Shown here: piece after piece, positions 20,545 through 30,481 of the stretch | Position numbering within the stretch: the stretch's first letter is position 1 | Layout of the letters: every line of letters begins with the position of its first letter | Source of the DNA: a virus | Taxonomy: Duplodnaviria > Caudoviricetes | Reading direction: 5' to 3' (one strand) | DNA length: 52,520 bases | Virus record (IMG/VR): IMGVR_UViG_3300023179_000146 | Span: 1 to 52,520 of that record | The notes under the pieces: model-generated | Told to the model about the DNA's origin: nothing | Database searches by the model: none | The model's input: only the letters and a program-made list of their open reading frames with translations | Made by a program: the position numbers and the translations under genes

Positions 20545-20575
20545 AAAAAAGTCGATGTTTTCACATCGACTTTTT
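20545..20575. terminator. Intrinsic terminator after the tail tube gene
   Basis: AAAAAAGTCGATGT-tttc-ACATCGACTTTTT. Confidence 0.8.
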
Positions 20576-20593
20576 CTATATCTAAAGTATTTA

Positions 20594-21217
20594 TTAATAT
20601 CCAGCAACAAAAGGAGGTTGAATAGTAAAGTTATTATCGATATACTCATCAATCCAGTAATCAAATACAAACTTAGCTTCACAATCTTCCCAAATACCTT
20701 GACCACCCCAATCCAAAGATGGCGATTGAACTGATGATAATTGACAGTTTTGAAAAGTTACTCTTCTCAAAACAAGACCTTTTTTATCATGTTGATTGAC
20801 AATTACAGTTCCAATAATATCAGCTTTATAGTGAAGATAACCATTTTGTGAGTTCCAAACTAAATCGTACCAAGCTCTCAAAGTATTCCAAGTTTCCATA
20901 GAACCTTGACTATTTACGTTCACATTGAATTTGATAGTGAAATCTCCAGAAGATTTATCAGGACCAGCATTCAAGAATTCACGAGTTGAGTATTTGAAAC
21001 GTTGGTTACTAGCTGCAATTTCTTTATTAGTAACACCTAAATCGATGTTTTTAGCTTGTTGTAAAAGCAACACAGGATCTCTACCCTGAGCTTGTAATAT
21101 TGTAGGCAACACGAATGTTATCTCAAATAAATTCATATATACCGGCTCTTGTGGTTGGGTTCCAGGACCACCCGGAGAACCTGTCATTTGTAGTTGAGTA
21201 AAGTGAGGCAAGGGCAT
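20594..21217 (-). CDS. Tail tube protein, T4 gp19-like
   Basis: NLFEITF, LRAWYDLV, YKADIIGTVIVNQHDKKG...R..FQNC and LDW...F.FDYW match the gp19 fold pattern. Confidence 0.85.
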   Translation of the reverse strand: MPLPHFTQLQMTGSPGGPGTQPQEPVYMNLFEITFVLPTILQAQGRDPVLLLQQAKNIDLGVTNKEIAASNQRFKYSTREFLNAGPDKSSGDFTIKFNVNVNSQGSMETWNTLRAWYDLVWNSQNGYLHYKADIIGTVIVNQHDKKGLVLRRVTFQNCQLSSVQSPSLDWGGQGIWEDCEAKFVFDYWIDEYIDNNFTIQPPFVAGY

Positions 21218-21359
21218 TTTATTTATATTATTTTTTGTTTAACTAGTTTATCTAGTTATGTTTTATATATCTTTTTTCTTTTTGTCTCTATTATATATCA
21301 ATGAAAAAAAGTGAAAAAAAGACATATAGGGAGGACAAATAAAACAATATATACATTAG

Positions 21360-21494
21360 ATGGAATGTAAATATAGAAATTGTAAAAATAAAGTTACGGA
21401 AGGTAGATTAGATAAAGTGTATTGTTCCGTGAAGTGTAAACGAAATGAAAAAAAATATAGACAAAGAGAAAAGAAAAAATGCCAAAAAAACTAA
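21360..21494 (+). CDS. 44-aa Cys4 zinc-finger-like peptide
   Basis: Below the ORF-track cut-off. MECKYRNCKNKVTEGRLDKVYCSVKCKRNEKKYRQREKKKCQKN*, with CAATATATA 6 nt upstream. Confidence 0.6.
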   Translation: MECKYRNCKNKVTEGRLDKVYCSVKCKRNEKKYRQREKKKCQKN

Positions 21495-22216
21495 CACAAC
21501 AGGAATTCTTAAACAAGTGTCATAAGATACATGGTGATAAATATGATTATTCCAAAACGACTTATATTAACACAAGAGCTAAAATAACCATTATGTGTGA
21601 TAAACATGGTGAATTTCAAATTACAGCTGATAATCATGTTAATCAAAAGCAAGGCTGTTGGAATTGCTTTCTCGACAAACACAAACTAACCGAATTAAGT
21701 CCAGAAAGATTAGAAAATCTCAAAAAGATTCACAATAACAAATACGAGTATAAAGATTTATCAGTTACAAAGGGGTTTATCAATATAATTTGTCCAGATC
21801 ACGGTGATTTTACTCAATATCTTTATTTTCATGAATATGGACATGGATGTTCTGAGTGTAATTCGACTTCAAGGGGTGAAGATAGAATAAAATCATTTTT
21901 AGAATCACACAATATACAATTCAAAAGAAATTATGAATTTGAGGATTGTAAAAGAGTTAAGAGATTAAGGTTCGACTTTTATTTACCGGAAATGAATATG
22001 TGCATTGAATATGATGGTGAGCATCATTTTGAGGAGAATGAATATTTTGGTGAGGGTAACTTAGATTATATAAGAGAAAATGATAGAATTAAGAATGAAT
22101 TTTGTCAACTCAATAATATCAAAATGATAAGGATTCCCTTTTATGATTATGAAAATATCGAAACTATACTGGAGGATTTAAACAGAACAAGGAAAAAAAG
22201 ATATAACTATATATAA
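21479..22216 (+). CDS. Homing endonuclease: Cys/His zinc repeats plus PD-(D/E)XK (DUF559 / Vsr-like) domain
   Basis: Two IH..KY.Y...C..HG.F...GC..C repeats; RFDFYLP...IEYDGEHH...D..KN..C....I..IRI. Confidence 0.85.
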   Translation: MPKKLTQQEFLNKCHKIHGDKYDYSKTTYINTRAKITIMCDKHGEFQITADNHVNQKQGCWNCFLDKHKLTELSPERLENLKKIHNNKYEYKDLSVTKGFINIICPDHGDFTQYLYFHEYGHGCSECNSTSRGEDRIKSFLESHNIQFKRNYEFEDCKRVKRLRFDFYLPEMNMCIEYDGEHHFEENEYFGEGNLDYIRENDRIKNEFCQLNNIKMIRIPFYDYENIETILEDLNRTRKKRYNYI

Positions 22217-22238
22217 ACTATAAAAAATAACAATTAAT

Positions 22239-23183
22239 ATGGCAGATAATTTATCAGAAGAAGACTATCTCAAAAAACACATAAAGGACTTAGAAGGTGG
22301 AAACGAGAAAGTAAATCCAAATCAAAGTATGTTCGATTTTGTTGCTCAAACACAACCTAATGCAAATCGTGTAACTGATCTTCAATTTTTGTCCTTTGAT
22401 ATAAAAGAGTTACCGTGTGGTAAATTCTATCCACAAGGCACTACTTTCTTAGTAAGAGCAGCACAAGTTAAAGAAATTCAATCATATTCAATGGTTGATG
22501 ATAATAATTTTTATGATATCGTTGAAAAAATGAATGATATGTTACAAGCTTGTGTTCGTGTGAAATACGCTGATGGTAAAATGGGAAGCTACTTAGATAT
22601 AAAAGACCAAGATAGATTATATCTAATCTTTCTTATTCGTGAATTGACCTTTCAACAAGGAAATGCTTTAGCAGTCACAGTAAAATGTACTTGTGGTGCA
22701 GATAATTCAGTTGAATTAGTTCGTAAAAACTTTAGATTTCATCAAATAGATGAAAAACTTGATAAGTTTTATGAAAAAGGTAAAAGTTCTTTCTCTTTCA
22801 CAACAGTAAATGGAAAAGAGTTTGAATTAACACCACCAAACATTGGTTTACAAAAATCTTTTGCTGATTATATCATTAAAGAAAATAATGAAAAAAGACC
22901 ACCAAATTTAGCATTCTTGAAAATTATTCCCTTTATGTTGAATGGAAGAACCAATATTACCTACGAAGGCATTAAGGTTAAACTCAAAGAATTCGAAGAT
23001 TTAGATGATATTTCATTTCAATTCTTGAACGCCGCTGTCGGAAAAATGACATTTGGTGTAAAAGAATTAGCCAACAACTGTACTGCGTGTGGAGTGGAGG
23101 TCCGCACTGATATGACATTTCCCAACGGAGCGTCAGGTATTTTCGTTGTTCATGATGCCTTTGAGACCTTTATTAAAAAATAA
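22239..23183 (+). CDS. Baseplate hub assembly protein, T4 gp26-like
   Basis: ELPCGKFY, D.LYL.FLIR.LT, C.CG and C..CG zinc sites; divergent from the tube gene. Confidence 0.7.
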   Translation: MADNLSEEDYLKKHIKDLEGGNEKVNPNQSMFDFVAQTQPNANRVTDLQFLSFDIKELPCGKFYPQGTTFLVRAAQVKEIQSYSMVDDNNFYDIVEKMNDMLQACVRVKYADGKMGSYLDIKDQDRLYLIFLIRELTFQQGNALAVTVKCTCGADNSVELVRKNFRFHQIDEKLDKFYEKGKSSFSFTTVNGKEFELTPPNIGLQKSFADYIIKENNEKRPPNLAFLKIIPFMLNGRTNITYEGIKVKLKEFEDLDDISFQFLNAAVGKMTFGVKELANNCTACGVEVRTDMTFPNGASGIFVVHDAFETFIKK

Positions 23184-23400
23184 ACTTCTACTTCAAAAAC
23201 ATTATCACGTTCAAGAAGAGGCCATTGATAATTGGCCTTTCTGGATGTTAGAAGAAAACATTTCAATAGTAAATGAATTGACCGATGAAGAAGAAAAACA
23301 AAGAAAAAAAGAAGAAGAAAAACAACAAAGTTCACAACCAAACTTCAATCCAAGCTCTTATATGAATAATATGAATAGCATGGTAAACAAATTCAAATAG
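23152..23400 (+). CDS. Baseplate hub assembly catalyst, T4 gp51-like
   Basis: L..HYH.....IDNWPFW pattern directly after the gp26-like gene. Confidence 0.6.
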   Translation: MMPLRPLLKNKLLLQKHYHVQEEAIDNWPFWMLEENISIVNELTDEEEKQRKKEEEKQQSSQPNFNPSSYMNNMNSMVNKFK

Positions 23401-23430
23401 AAAATATCTTAAAGACGCTTTCAGAAAATA

Positions 23431-23465
23431 AAAAACCCAGAGATTTCTCTCTGGGTTTTCTTTTT
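23431..23465. terminator. Bidirectional intrinsic terminator between gp51-like and sheath genes
   Basis: AAAACCCAGAGA-tttc-TCTCTGGGTTTT between convergent genes. Confidence 0.82.
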
Positions 23466-23476
23466 GTAGTATTTTA

Positions 23477-26400
23477 TTAAGCTGTGATGAAACCACCTGC
23501 TTGAATCGCTCCGGTTCTAAGAATTGTGATGTTATTCACAATGATTCCCATACCTTTGATTGGTTCAACGTAGGTATCAAGAACACCGATTTGGTTATCG
23601 ATAATTTCTGATGTGTTGTTTTCTTCGTCACACTTATTGAAGTAATTGTAAAGACCGTTCTTAGAAACGTACTTTTCACAAATTACGTCAGCTCTCAACT
23701 TAATTTCAGCTCTGATTTCAGGAGTGTTGAACTTCCATTGGAAATCTAACAACATTCTTGATAATTCTCTCTCAAGTTCAATCAATACCTCTCTAACGTG
23801 AATGTAAGAAAGAGCAGATCTATAAAGAGTTTGAGCAGTATTTTCTGTTTCAATCACATAACCTCTATTTCTCTTGAACACAATTGGGTTCATTTGAGCT
23901 TGGTTAAGATTCTCGATATCTGTTGGTGTGAAATCTCCTTCAAGACCAGCAATATTTGTAATTCTACCGTTTGTCACACCAGCCGCAATTGTCCATGGAA
24001 CAATTGTCGTAACTGTTGAGTTATGCTTTCTCATATAAGTTAATCCAACGTAAGCTGAAGGTGGAACATCAACTGGTCTACCATTATCATTTACAGTCAA
24101 ATAAGGAGTGAAATAACCAACTGCTGATACGCCTCGCCCGTCACCGAATGAGTAAAGAAATGCTGGATTACTTTCTGGGTCACCACCCTTAGCTATAAAC
24201 TCTGTCTGTAAAACTCCTTCAGCATTGACAAATGATGGAGAAGATGAGTTTTTAAAGCTTCTTAATGAAGGCATGTTTATTATACCAAAACAATCAAGTC
24301 TATCACCACAAATATCCACTAACTGTTGTTTACTTCTTTCAGTCAAACCTAAACCGAATGAATCGATTAAGTATCTGAAATCAAAAGCTTCTTTATTCGT
24401 AGCGGCTTTGAAAAGAGGTGTACCTTTTGCAACTAAATCAAGAATTGCTTGTTGTTTAGCTTCTGTACCATCAGGTAATGAATCTTGTCTAACTCTGAAT
24501 CCCTTCAAGCTAATTGCTTTGTAAGTTGATACATAGTCATCAATTGCAGTGTATCTAAATGTCTGTTTATCACCAGTACCAAAGTCAGATATTTTAATCT
24601 CAGCATCACAAGTGATTTCAACTAAATTAGAATCACCTGTCCAAGTCTTCTTAGATAGAATTCTTGTCAATTTTTTAGGCATTTGGTTTGGATCCAATGA
24701 TGCAGTTGCATAATTTGCTTCAAGATAATCACCAATTTTAACTTCAGTGTATCTAGAACCTCGAACAAGAATCTTGTTTGGTTGATATGTATATCCACTC
24801 GGAAATTCCAATTCAATCGACTGTTTGTAGTTAGAGTCTAAAGATTTTACCCAAGTAGTATTATTAGACCAAATAGGTTCTCCCATACCATCGATGCTGT
24901 CTAAAGGCACTGAAGACTGTAAAAGTGAATCTTGAAACTCTGTTTTCAAATTAAGTTCACTATCAAGATACATATTCAAATAAATTGGTCTATCAGCAAA
25001 GTTATCACTATAAGCGAATAGGTTATTAAGTTTACTCAAAAACTCATCTTTAACATTCTGCTCAACCTCGAAAGCGTAGTAACTATAAGTCGATGAACCG
25101 AAGAATCCATAAGCAGTACCGGATAATGTGTCCAAAGCATAAGCTCTTGTAATTGCTGTTAATGGTGAAACTTGACCAGTGAGTGTGGTTAAACCACCTG
25201 CTAACTGAAGAGCCTCATTAGTTGAATCATTCAAACCACTATCTGTCATTACTTTAAATACTCCTGAATTTTGAGCTCCTGACAACAAGAACTGATAATC
25301 ATCCACAACATTGTTGAAGAAATCTTTGTTTTTAGTAATTATTTCAGACATTGTAAGTCCAAAGTAATTCGTTTCTTTTTCGTTTACACCGAAAACAATA
25401 TAATCATATCCAGCTAATATATCATTAACAGATTCTCCACTAATCCATTGTACTTGAAGTGGTGAATAGTTAGTTTTTTGATAAATCACATCAGTTGTAT
25501 TGATAAATCCTTGTTCATATGATTGATAGTAATTAGAATATCTAGACACAACACCTACTGTACCAGCGATTGTTGACTTAGTCTCAAGTCCTTGTTTTCC
25601 AAGTATGAATTCATTATCAAATTTATAAACAACCAATGGAACATTGTAATCAGCTAATGAAGAAACATCTGTTCCAGACACAAAATAATTATCTACATAA
25701 TCATCATCAACGACAATGTTGTTTGAAGGATTTGTAGTAGGTATAGAACCAACAATCTCAAATGATCTATTAAGAGTGTTGACATCTTTAATATTTTTTA
25801 TGGTTATTAAAGCTAAACTTACTTTTTGGCTGAATCCATCTAAAGGATAGGTATTAGGAATCGGATCGAAAAGTAATACACCTTTGTCAGAAGATGATCC
25901 ATTCAAATAATCTAAAAGATAATTGAATGTCTTAATCTTTCTGTATCTCTCATAATCTCTCGGAGTAATAGATTGATTTGTATCAGGAAACTCAACTTTG
26001 AAAGAAGCAGAACCGGTAATTGTATAAGTAAAGTCAACACCAGCAATCAAAGGTTTGAAAGCAGCATCACCAGAACCAAGAACTGTTCTATCAATTGTCA
26101 CATCATGGAATGTCACAGAAGCTGTAACGAAAGCTCCAGCGTAGTGTGAGAAAGAAGCGTAACCCAAGACAATATCTGTAGCAGCAACCAAAGGCTTAGT
26201 ATTAGGCGAAGTTGTCTGAACAGATTTTATTGTACCTGAAGTATCAACAACGAATGCCGAATAGAAAGATTTAGCTGTTCCAGTTGTTAATGTATTATAG
26301 TAACTTGAACTAAGTTTTATGACACCATTCAAGTTAGTATTACCATTTGGATCTGATGCGGTATCGTTAATTTCAACGTATTGACCACCGATTATAGCAT

Positions 26401-27766
26401 ATCCATTATTAGAAGTAGCATCAACATCATAAGTTATTGAAACAGTTAAACCAGTAGCGGTTGCAGTCGTCACATTTAAATCATTAACATAACCTTCACT
26501 AAACCAATAAGTTCTCTCAGCTCCATTAGCCGTTGGTGTTATATAACCTTCTTTGATACCACCCGAAACACCAACATTAGACATATCTGTACTCAAGTAA
26601 GAGTGAGGTCCTGCTGATATAGGTTTAGATTGTGTACCAAACAAAGCCATAACGTTCCCTGGTCTATCAAGAACAGTTTGAACAAATGGATTGCTCTCTG
26701 TGATTGTTTCTTCATATGACAAGAATTTTATTTTAACTTCACCATCACCAGAACCATCATTAATATCTAACTCACCAAAGTTAGTGTAACCAGATGTTGG
26801 TGGGTTTGATAATAAATCATCACCAACCATGTTATTACCTATAAGGTCAACCAATCCTGTTGGATAGTCAGTTTCAAAAAGATCGGCATTGAATGAACAG
26901 AAAACTCCATGTTGGTCTGTTCCTCTATTAATAACAGTCTCAATAAAAATATTTTGACCGTTCAAATCTCTAAAGTATGGAATTAAAGACAAACCATCAG
27001 CATAAGCCAATGTTGTTACATTTCTATCATTAGTGAAGGGAATCACTTGATTCTTTCTCAAACCTTCAGGTGAGAAGTAATTAGAAAATCTTGGATCAAC
27101 TGATAAGCTTCTATAATCAGAATAATCACCAGCAACAACAACAACATCTACTAAATAATCAGAGGCTAAATCGGTAGGATTTACATAAGGAGGTAATTTT
27201 TCTATACCACCATACCACTCAAGAAGCGGTCTATCAAAACCAACTTTCTTAGATTTGAAAACAAAGATAGTCACATACTTATCAGATAAGTTTGTGAAGT
27301 TTAATACTCTCTTTTCATAATCAAGATCAGCTTTTGTTATATTGATGAATGATTCTGTATCTCTTTTCCAGAAACCAGTAGTATCGAAAAATCTTCTATA
27401 AGGAGCTAATCTCTCAATATCGTTTTGAGCAGTTGTTTGAGCAGAAAGAGATTGATACTCGATTCTATCAAGTGCATCATCAGTTAAAAGCAAGTTGATT
27501 GCAAAAACTGGAGAAGATTCTAACATCTTAGATATTGTTCTATGAAAGAAAGAACCCTTTCTCTCTAATTGTCTATCAAGAGGTCCAAATATATTTTCCA
27601 ATTCACCAATTGTCTTCAACAAAATAGGTGTATTAACTGGTCCTTTCTTGGAAACTCCAATGATGGTATTTGTTATACCTTCAACAATCGGACTTGAAAT
27701 CACTGATTGGTCAAATTCTTCGATGAAGATTCCTGGTCTTTTGTATTTACCGATTTGGATTGCCAT
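23477..27766 (-). CDS. Tail sheath protein, T4 gp18-like, greatly enlarged (1429 aa)
   Basis: RPGIFIEEFD, KGPVNTP and IFG at the N-terminus; VPPS, W..AAG..NG, NPI, IHVREVL, FNT and CDEENNT...ID...D.YVEP at the C-terminus. Confidence 0.93.
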   Translation of the reverse strand: MAIQIGKYKRPGIFIEEFDQSVISSPIVEGITNTIIGVSKKGPVNTPILLKTIGELENIFGPLDRQLERKGSFFHRTISKMLESSPVFAINLLLTDDALDRIEYQSLSAQTTAQNDIERLAPYRRFFDTTGFWKRDTESFINITKADLDYEKRVLNFTNLSDKYVTIFVFKSKKVGFDRPLLEWYGGIEKLPPYVNPTDLASDYLVDVVVVAGDYSDYRSLSVDPRFSNYFSPEGLRKNQVIPFTNDRNVTTLAYADGLSLIPYFRDLNGQNIFIETVINRGTDQHGVFCSFNADLFETDYPTGLVDLIGNNMVGDDLLSNPPTSGYTNFGELDINDGSGDGEVKIKFLSYEETITESNPFVQTVLDRPGNVMALFGTQSKPISAGPHSYLSTDMSNVGVSGGIKEGYITPTANGAERTYWFSEGYVNDLNVTTATATGLTVSITYDVDATSNNGYAIIGGQYVEINDTASDPNGNTNLNGVIKLSSSYYNTLTTGTAKSFYSAFVVDTSGTIKSVQTTSPNTKPLVAATDIVLGYASFSHYAGAFVTASVTFHDVTIDRTVLGSGDAAFKPLIAGVDFTYTITGSASFKVEFPDTNQSITPRDYERYRKIKTFNYLLDYLNGSSSDKGVLLFDPIPNTYPLDGFSQKVSLALITIKNIKDVNTLNRSFEIVGSIPTTNPSNNIVVDDDYVDNYFVSGTDVSSLADYNVPLVVYKFDNEFILGKQGLETKSTIAGTVGVVSRYSNYYQSYEQGFINTTDVIYQKTNYSPLQVQWISGESVNDILAGYDYIVFGVNEKETNYFGLTMSEIITKNKDFFNNVVDDYQFLLSGAQNSGVFKVMTDSGLNDSTNEALQLAGGLTTLTGQVSPLTAITRAYALDTLSGTAYGFFGSSTYSYYAFEVEQNVKDEFLSKLNNLFAYSDNFADRPIYLNMYLDSELNLKTEFQDSLLQSSVPLDSIDGMGEPIWSNNTTWVKSLDSNYKQSIELEFPSGYTYQPNKILVRGSRYTEVKIGDYLEANYATASLDPNQMPKKLTRILSKKTWTGDSNLVEITCDAEIKISDFGTGDKQTFRYTAIDDYVSTYKAISLKGFRVRQDSLPDGTEAKQQAILDLVAKGTPLFKAATNKEAFDFRYLIDSFGLGLTERSKQQLVDICGDRLDCFGIINMPSLRSFKNSSSPSFVNAEGVLQTEFIAKGGDPESNPAFLYSFGDGRGVSAVGYFTPYLTVNDNGRPVDVPPSAYVGLTYMRKHNSTVTTIVPWTIAAGVTNGRITNIAGLEGDFTPTDIENLNQAQMNPIVFKRNRGYVIETENTAQTLYRSALSYIHVREVLIELERELSRMLLDFQWKFNTPEIRAEIKLRADVICEKYVSKNGLYNYFNKCDEENNTSEIIDNQIGVLDTYVEPIKGMGIIVNNITILRTGAIQAGGFITA

Positions 27767-27793
27767 ATTCTTAAATTTATTTTTTATTTATGT

Positions 27794-27802
27794 TATATAT
27801 AA
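27794..27802 (-). promoter_or_regulatory. Late promoter box TTATATATA for the sheath gene
   Basis: Motif followed by an A-rich leader without a Shine-Dalgarno site. Confidence 0.65.
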
Positions 27803-27823
27803 AATAGAAAAAACCATATTTTT

Positions 27824-28429
27824 CTATTTTTGACTAAGATTTTTAATTTTCTGCTCCTCCAATTTCATCATAGCTTCGAAATTAGTCTTCTTAGTTTGAT
27901 AATTTTTATCAATCTTTGCATATTCAGATTTATTATAAAGTATTGTTTGATTCAAAGTATTCAAATAAGTCCTACTTTTCTCAATTCTTTCTGATACTTT
28001 AGATTTTTGTGAACTATCATCTAACTGATTGAATCTATCTTTCAAGTCATTCATTTGTTTAGTTAATTCATCTACTCTTTTCTTATCAGTTTCAAGCTGA
28101 GTTGCTAATCTATCAGCAGTTCTTTTCAGAGTATAAACACTCTCTAATTCTTTGAGATATCGATTTCTTTTTTTGACATCTCTTTGATTAGCATAAACAT
28201 TTTTTTGTAAATCATTATTTATTTCAGAGTCTTGTCTTTCAGAATCATCGAATATTTTTTTCATTACATCTTTCTTCGACCTATAATAAGCAATATCCTT
28301 TTGAATCATATTAAGTGATTCTTTATTGGTCTTTTCGTTATCACTGATTAATTCTTCTGCTCCTGGTGTTTCTTTAATCTCTACACCATCTGCCTCCAAG
28401 AAAAGCTCAAATCTTTTAAGAAATTTCAT
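27824..28429 (-). CDS. Tagged coiled-coil protein (MKFLKRFELFLE)
   Basis: 201 aa; TGATATATA 4 nt upstream of the ATG. Confidence 0.72.
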   Translation of the reverse strand: MKFLKRFELFLEADGVEIKETPGAEELISDNEKTNKESLNMIQKDIAYYRSKKDVMKKIFDDSERQDSEINNDLQKNVYANQRDVKKRNRYLKELESVYTLKRTADRLATQLETDKKRVDELTKQMNDLKDRFNQLDDSSQKSKVSERIEKSRTYLNTLNQTILYNKSEYAKIDKNYQTKKTNFEAMMKLEEQKIKNLSQK

Positions 28430-28450
28430 ATACTATATATCAAGTTATTT

Positions 28451-28485
28451 AAACAAAAAAACCCGATTAAATCGGGTTTTTGTTT
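28451..28485. terminator. Intrinsic terminator
   Basis: AAACAAAAAAACCCGAT-taa-ATCGGGTTTTTGTTT at the end of ORF 28484-30478. Confidence 0.8.
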
Positions 28486-30478
28486 ATTTGAACTTTGAAA
28501 GTTGTGCTTGATACTTTGTTTTTATTTTACTTAACTCAGAATTGTATTCAGATTCATCCATTAAATTTCGTTTTCTCTTGGTTTGAATATTTCCAATCTC
28601 TGTCATAAAGTTGTAATACATCTCAGATATCTTAGGATTAACCAATGGCTCTCCCTCTTTTCCTTTCACATTACCTACAAAATGTTTACCATTTATAGAC
28701 AGAGAATAAGAATCCTCCTTAGTTGCTCCCCAAAACTTTGAACTTGTTCTATGACCAGAATACCCTTTCATAACTGCTATATCCATCTTAGGACTCGTTG
28801 TATAGGATGTCTTAAATCTACCCTCTTGTTTATCTTCAGGTGAGAGTTGTCTTAATTTAGTAGTTTGTTTTTGACCAACTCTGAACTTGTTTACCTTAGC
28901 CTCACTGACTACATTTAACTTGACATCAAAATATTTCAAAATCTGTTTCAATGTTTCATTAAATATTTCTAAACTATCACCAAATGTGGCCAATCCACCA
29001 TATAAGTTCTCCTTATCAAATTGAATTGATCTCAATGAGAATCTAGCAATCTTTTCAGCTACAATCTTTCTTTTATCTTTTACAATATTGATATTTTCTT
29101 TGAAAAGAACATCTAATTTTGGCATTGTTGATTTGTATTTACCATGTAAATGTTCCCAAATCTCTTTATAGAGAGCGACTATGACATCTTTACTTTTCAT
29201 TTTCTCAGAAATCACACTATCAAGAAATTCAGGAGTAATAGAAACTCCTTTATCTTTTTCATCCAATAAGATAGAAATTGACTTTCTCATCTTAGTGAAA
29301 GCCTGTAATAAATGTGTTTCACTTTTTCTGATAGTTGCTTTACCTTCTTTTCCAAAAAATTTAGCCTCATTAACAAAATCAGAATATGACGTGATGAAAG
29401 ACTCAGATAATCTTTCTAATGAAACTGCCATTTCAGGCGATTTTGATGTATATTCACCATCATTGTCCTGAAAAATAACTGAAGCTACTCCCTTAGCGAG
29501 TTTTTTCTTTTTAGTATCATCTTTAGTAAGCCATTTTTTATCTTTTCCCAAATCTGTATCATGAGTTAAAGATATCAACTTAACTTTCTTTTTTTCACCC
29601 TTTTTGTTTGTATAAGTATAGATTTTACCAACTTCAAATTGACCTATTTTTTGTGGATTCATAGAATCGTACCACTCTTTAGCAATTTTCATCAGTCTAT
29701 TTCTTGTACCTTGGCCTGGTTTAGTATTTTTACCAGCTTCTTTTTGAGATTTTTGCCACTCAATAAGTAATAATTTATATTTTGCAAGTGTTTTAAGTCT
29801 TTTTCTTGTTCCTTCACCGGGCTTTGTATTTTTTCCCAATTTTTCTTGTTCTTCTTTCCATTCAGATAAAAGTTCTTTGTAGATTTCATCAAAAGTCTTT
29901 TCAGCCTCTTTTTCTACATTTACTTCTACTTCTCTAATCTCTTGTATTTCTTCTTTGTTAAGTTCGACCTCTGGCTCCTTTAAACTAATCAATTCGGTAG
30001 AAGTCATATCTTTTAAATCCTTCTTTGAACTTTTTACTTCTTCTCCTTCTATACTTATACTTTTGTACTGACTCAATAAATCTCTCAAAGCTGTGAGATT
30101 CTTAATCATTAATGGATAAGCAGATTTTTCATCTTTAATAACTTCAGTCGGTTTGTTTTCTTCTGGTTCCTTAGTTCCTTCCTGCCCTGGCTTAGGTTCA
30201 CTCGGTTCTGGTGTATCTGGACCTCCCTTTTCAGGTTTATTAGGTTCCTCTGGTTTATTATCTGAAGTTTCATCTGGAGAGGGTTTATCTTTACCACTTG
30301 CGTCTTTTTTTTGAAAAGTAACTTCTCTTCTATCATCACCAAAAACATCAATATCCAAATCTTCAATTGAATTCAACATATCATTGAAAACTTGTTTTGC
30401 TTTAGCATCATATTCATATTTTTTGAATAATCCAAATATTTCATTCTTTGAATATTGATCGAAATTAAGTGTCTTCAT
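28484..30478 (-). CDS. Large Lys/Glu-rich putative internal head protein, paralog B (664 aa)
   Basis: Shares several blocks with the upstream 989-aa ORF; tag-like N-terminus and internal FITSYSDFVNE. Confidence 0.7.
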   Translation of the reverse strand: MKTLNFDQYSKNEIFGLFKKYEYDAKAKQVFNDMLNSIEDLDIDVFGDDRREVTFQKKDASGKDKPSPDETSDNKPEEPNKPEKGGPDTPEPSEPKPGQEGTKEPEENKPTEVIKDEKSAYPLMIKNLTALRDLLSQYKSISIEGEEVKSSKKDLKDMTSTELISLKEPEVELNKEEIQEIREVEVNVEKEAEKTFDEIYKELLSEWKEEQEKLGKNTKPGEGTRKRLKTLAKYKLLLIEWQKSQKEAGKNTKPGQGTRNRLMKIAKEWYDSMNPQKIGQFEVGKIYTYTNKKGEKKKVKLISLTHDTDLGKDKKWLTKDDTKKKKLAKGVASVIFQDNDGEYTSKSPEMAVSLERLSESFITSYSDFVNEAKFFGKEGKATIRKSETHLLQAFTKMRKSISILLDEKDKGVSITPEFLDSVISEKMKSKDVIVALYKEIWEHLHGKYKSTMPKLDVLFKENINIVKDKRKIVAEKIARFSLRSIQFDKENLYGGLATFGDSLEIFNETLKQILKYFDVKLNVVSEAKVNKFRVGQKQTTKLRQLSPEDKQEGRFKTSYTTSPKMDIAVMKGYSGHRTSSKFWGATKEDSYSLSINGKHFVGNVKGKEGEPLVNPKISEMYYNFMTEIGNIQTKRKRNLMDESEYNSELSKIKTKYQAQLSKFK

Positions 30479-30481
30479 ATC

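Noticed and set aside
23146-23183. Programmed -1 frameshift between gp26-like and gp51-like genes (lambda G/GT style)
   Set aside because: Downstream ORF is in the +1 frame and has its own ATGs; gp26 and gp51 are normally separate neighbours.
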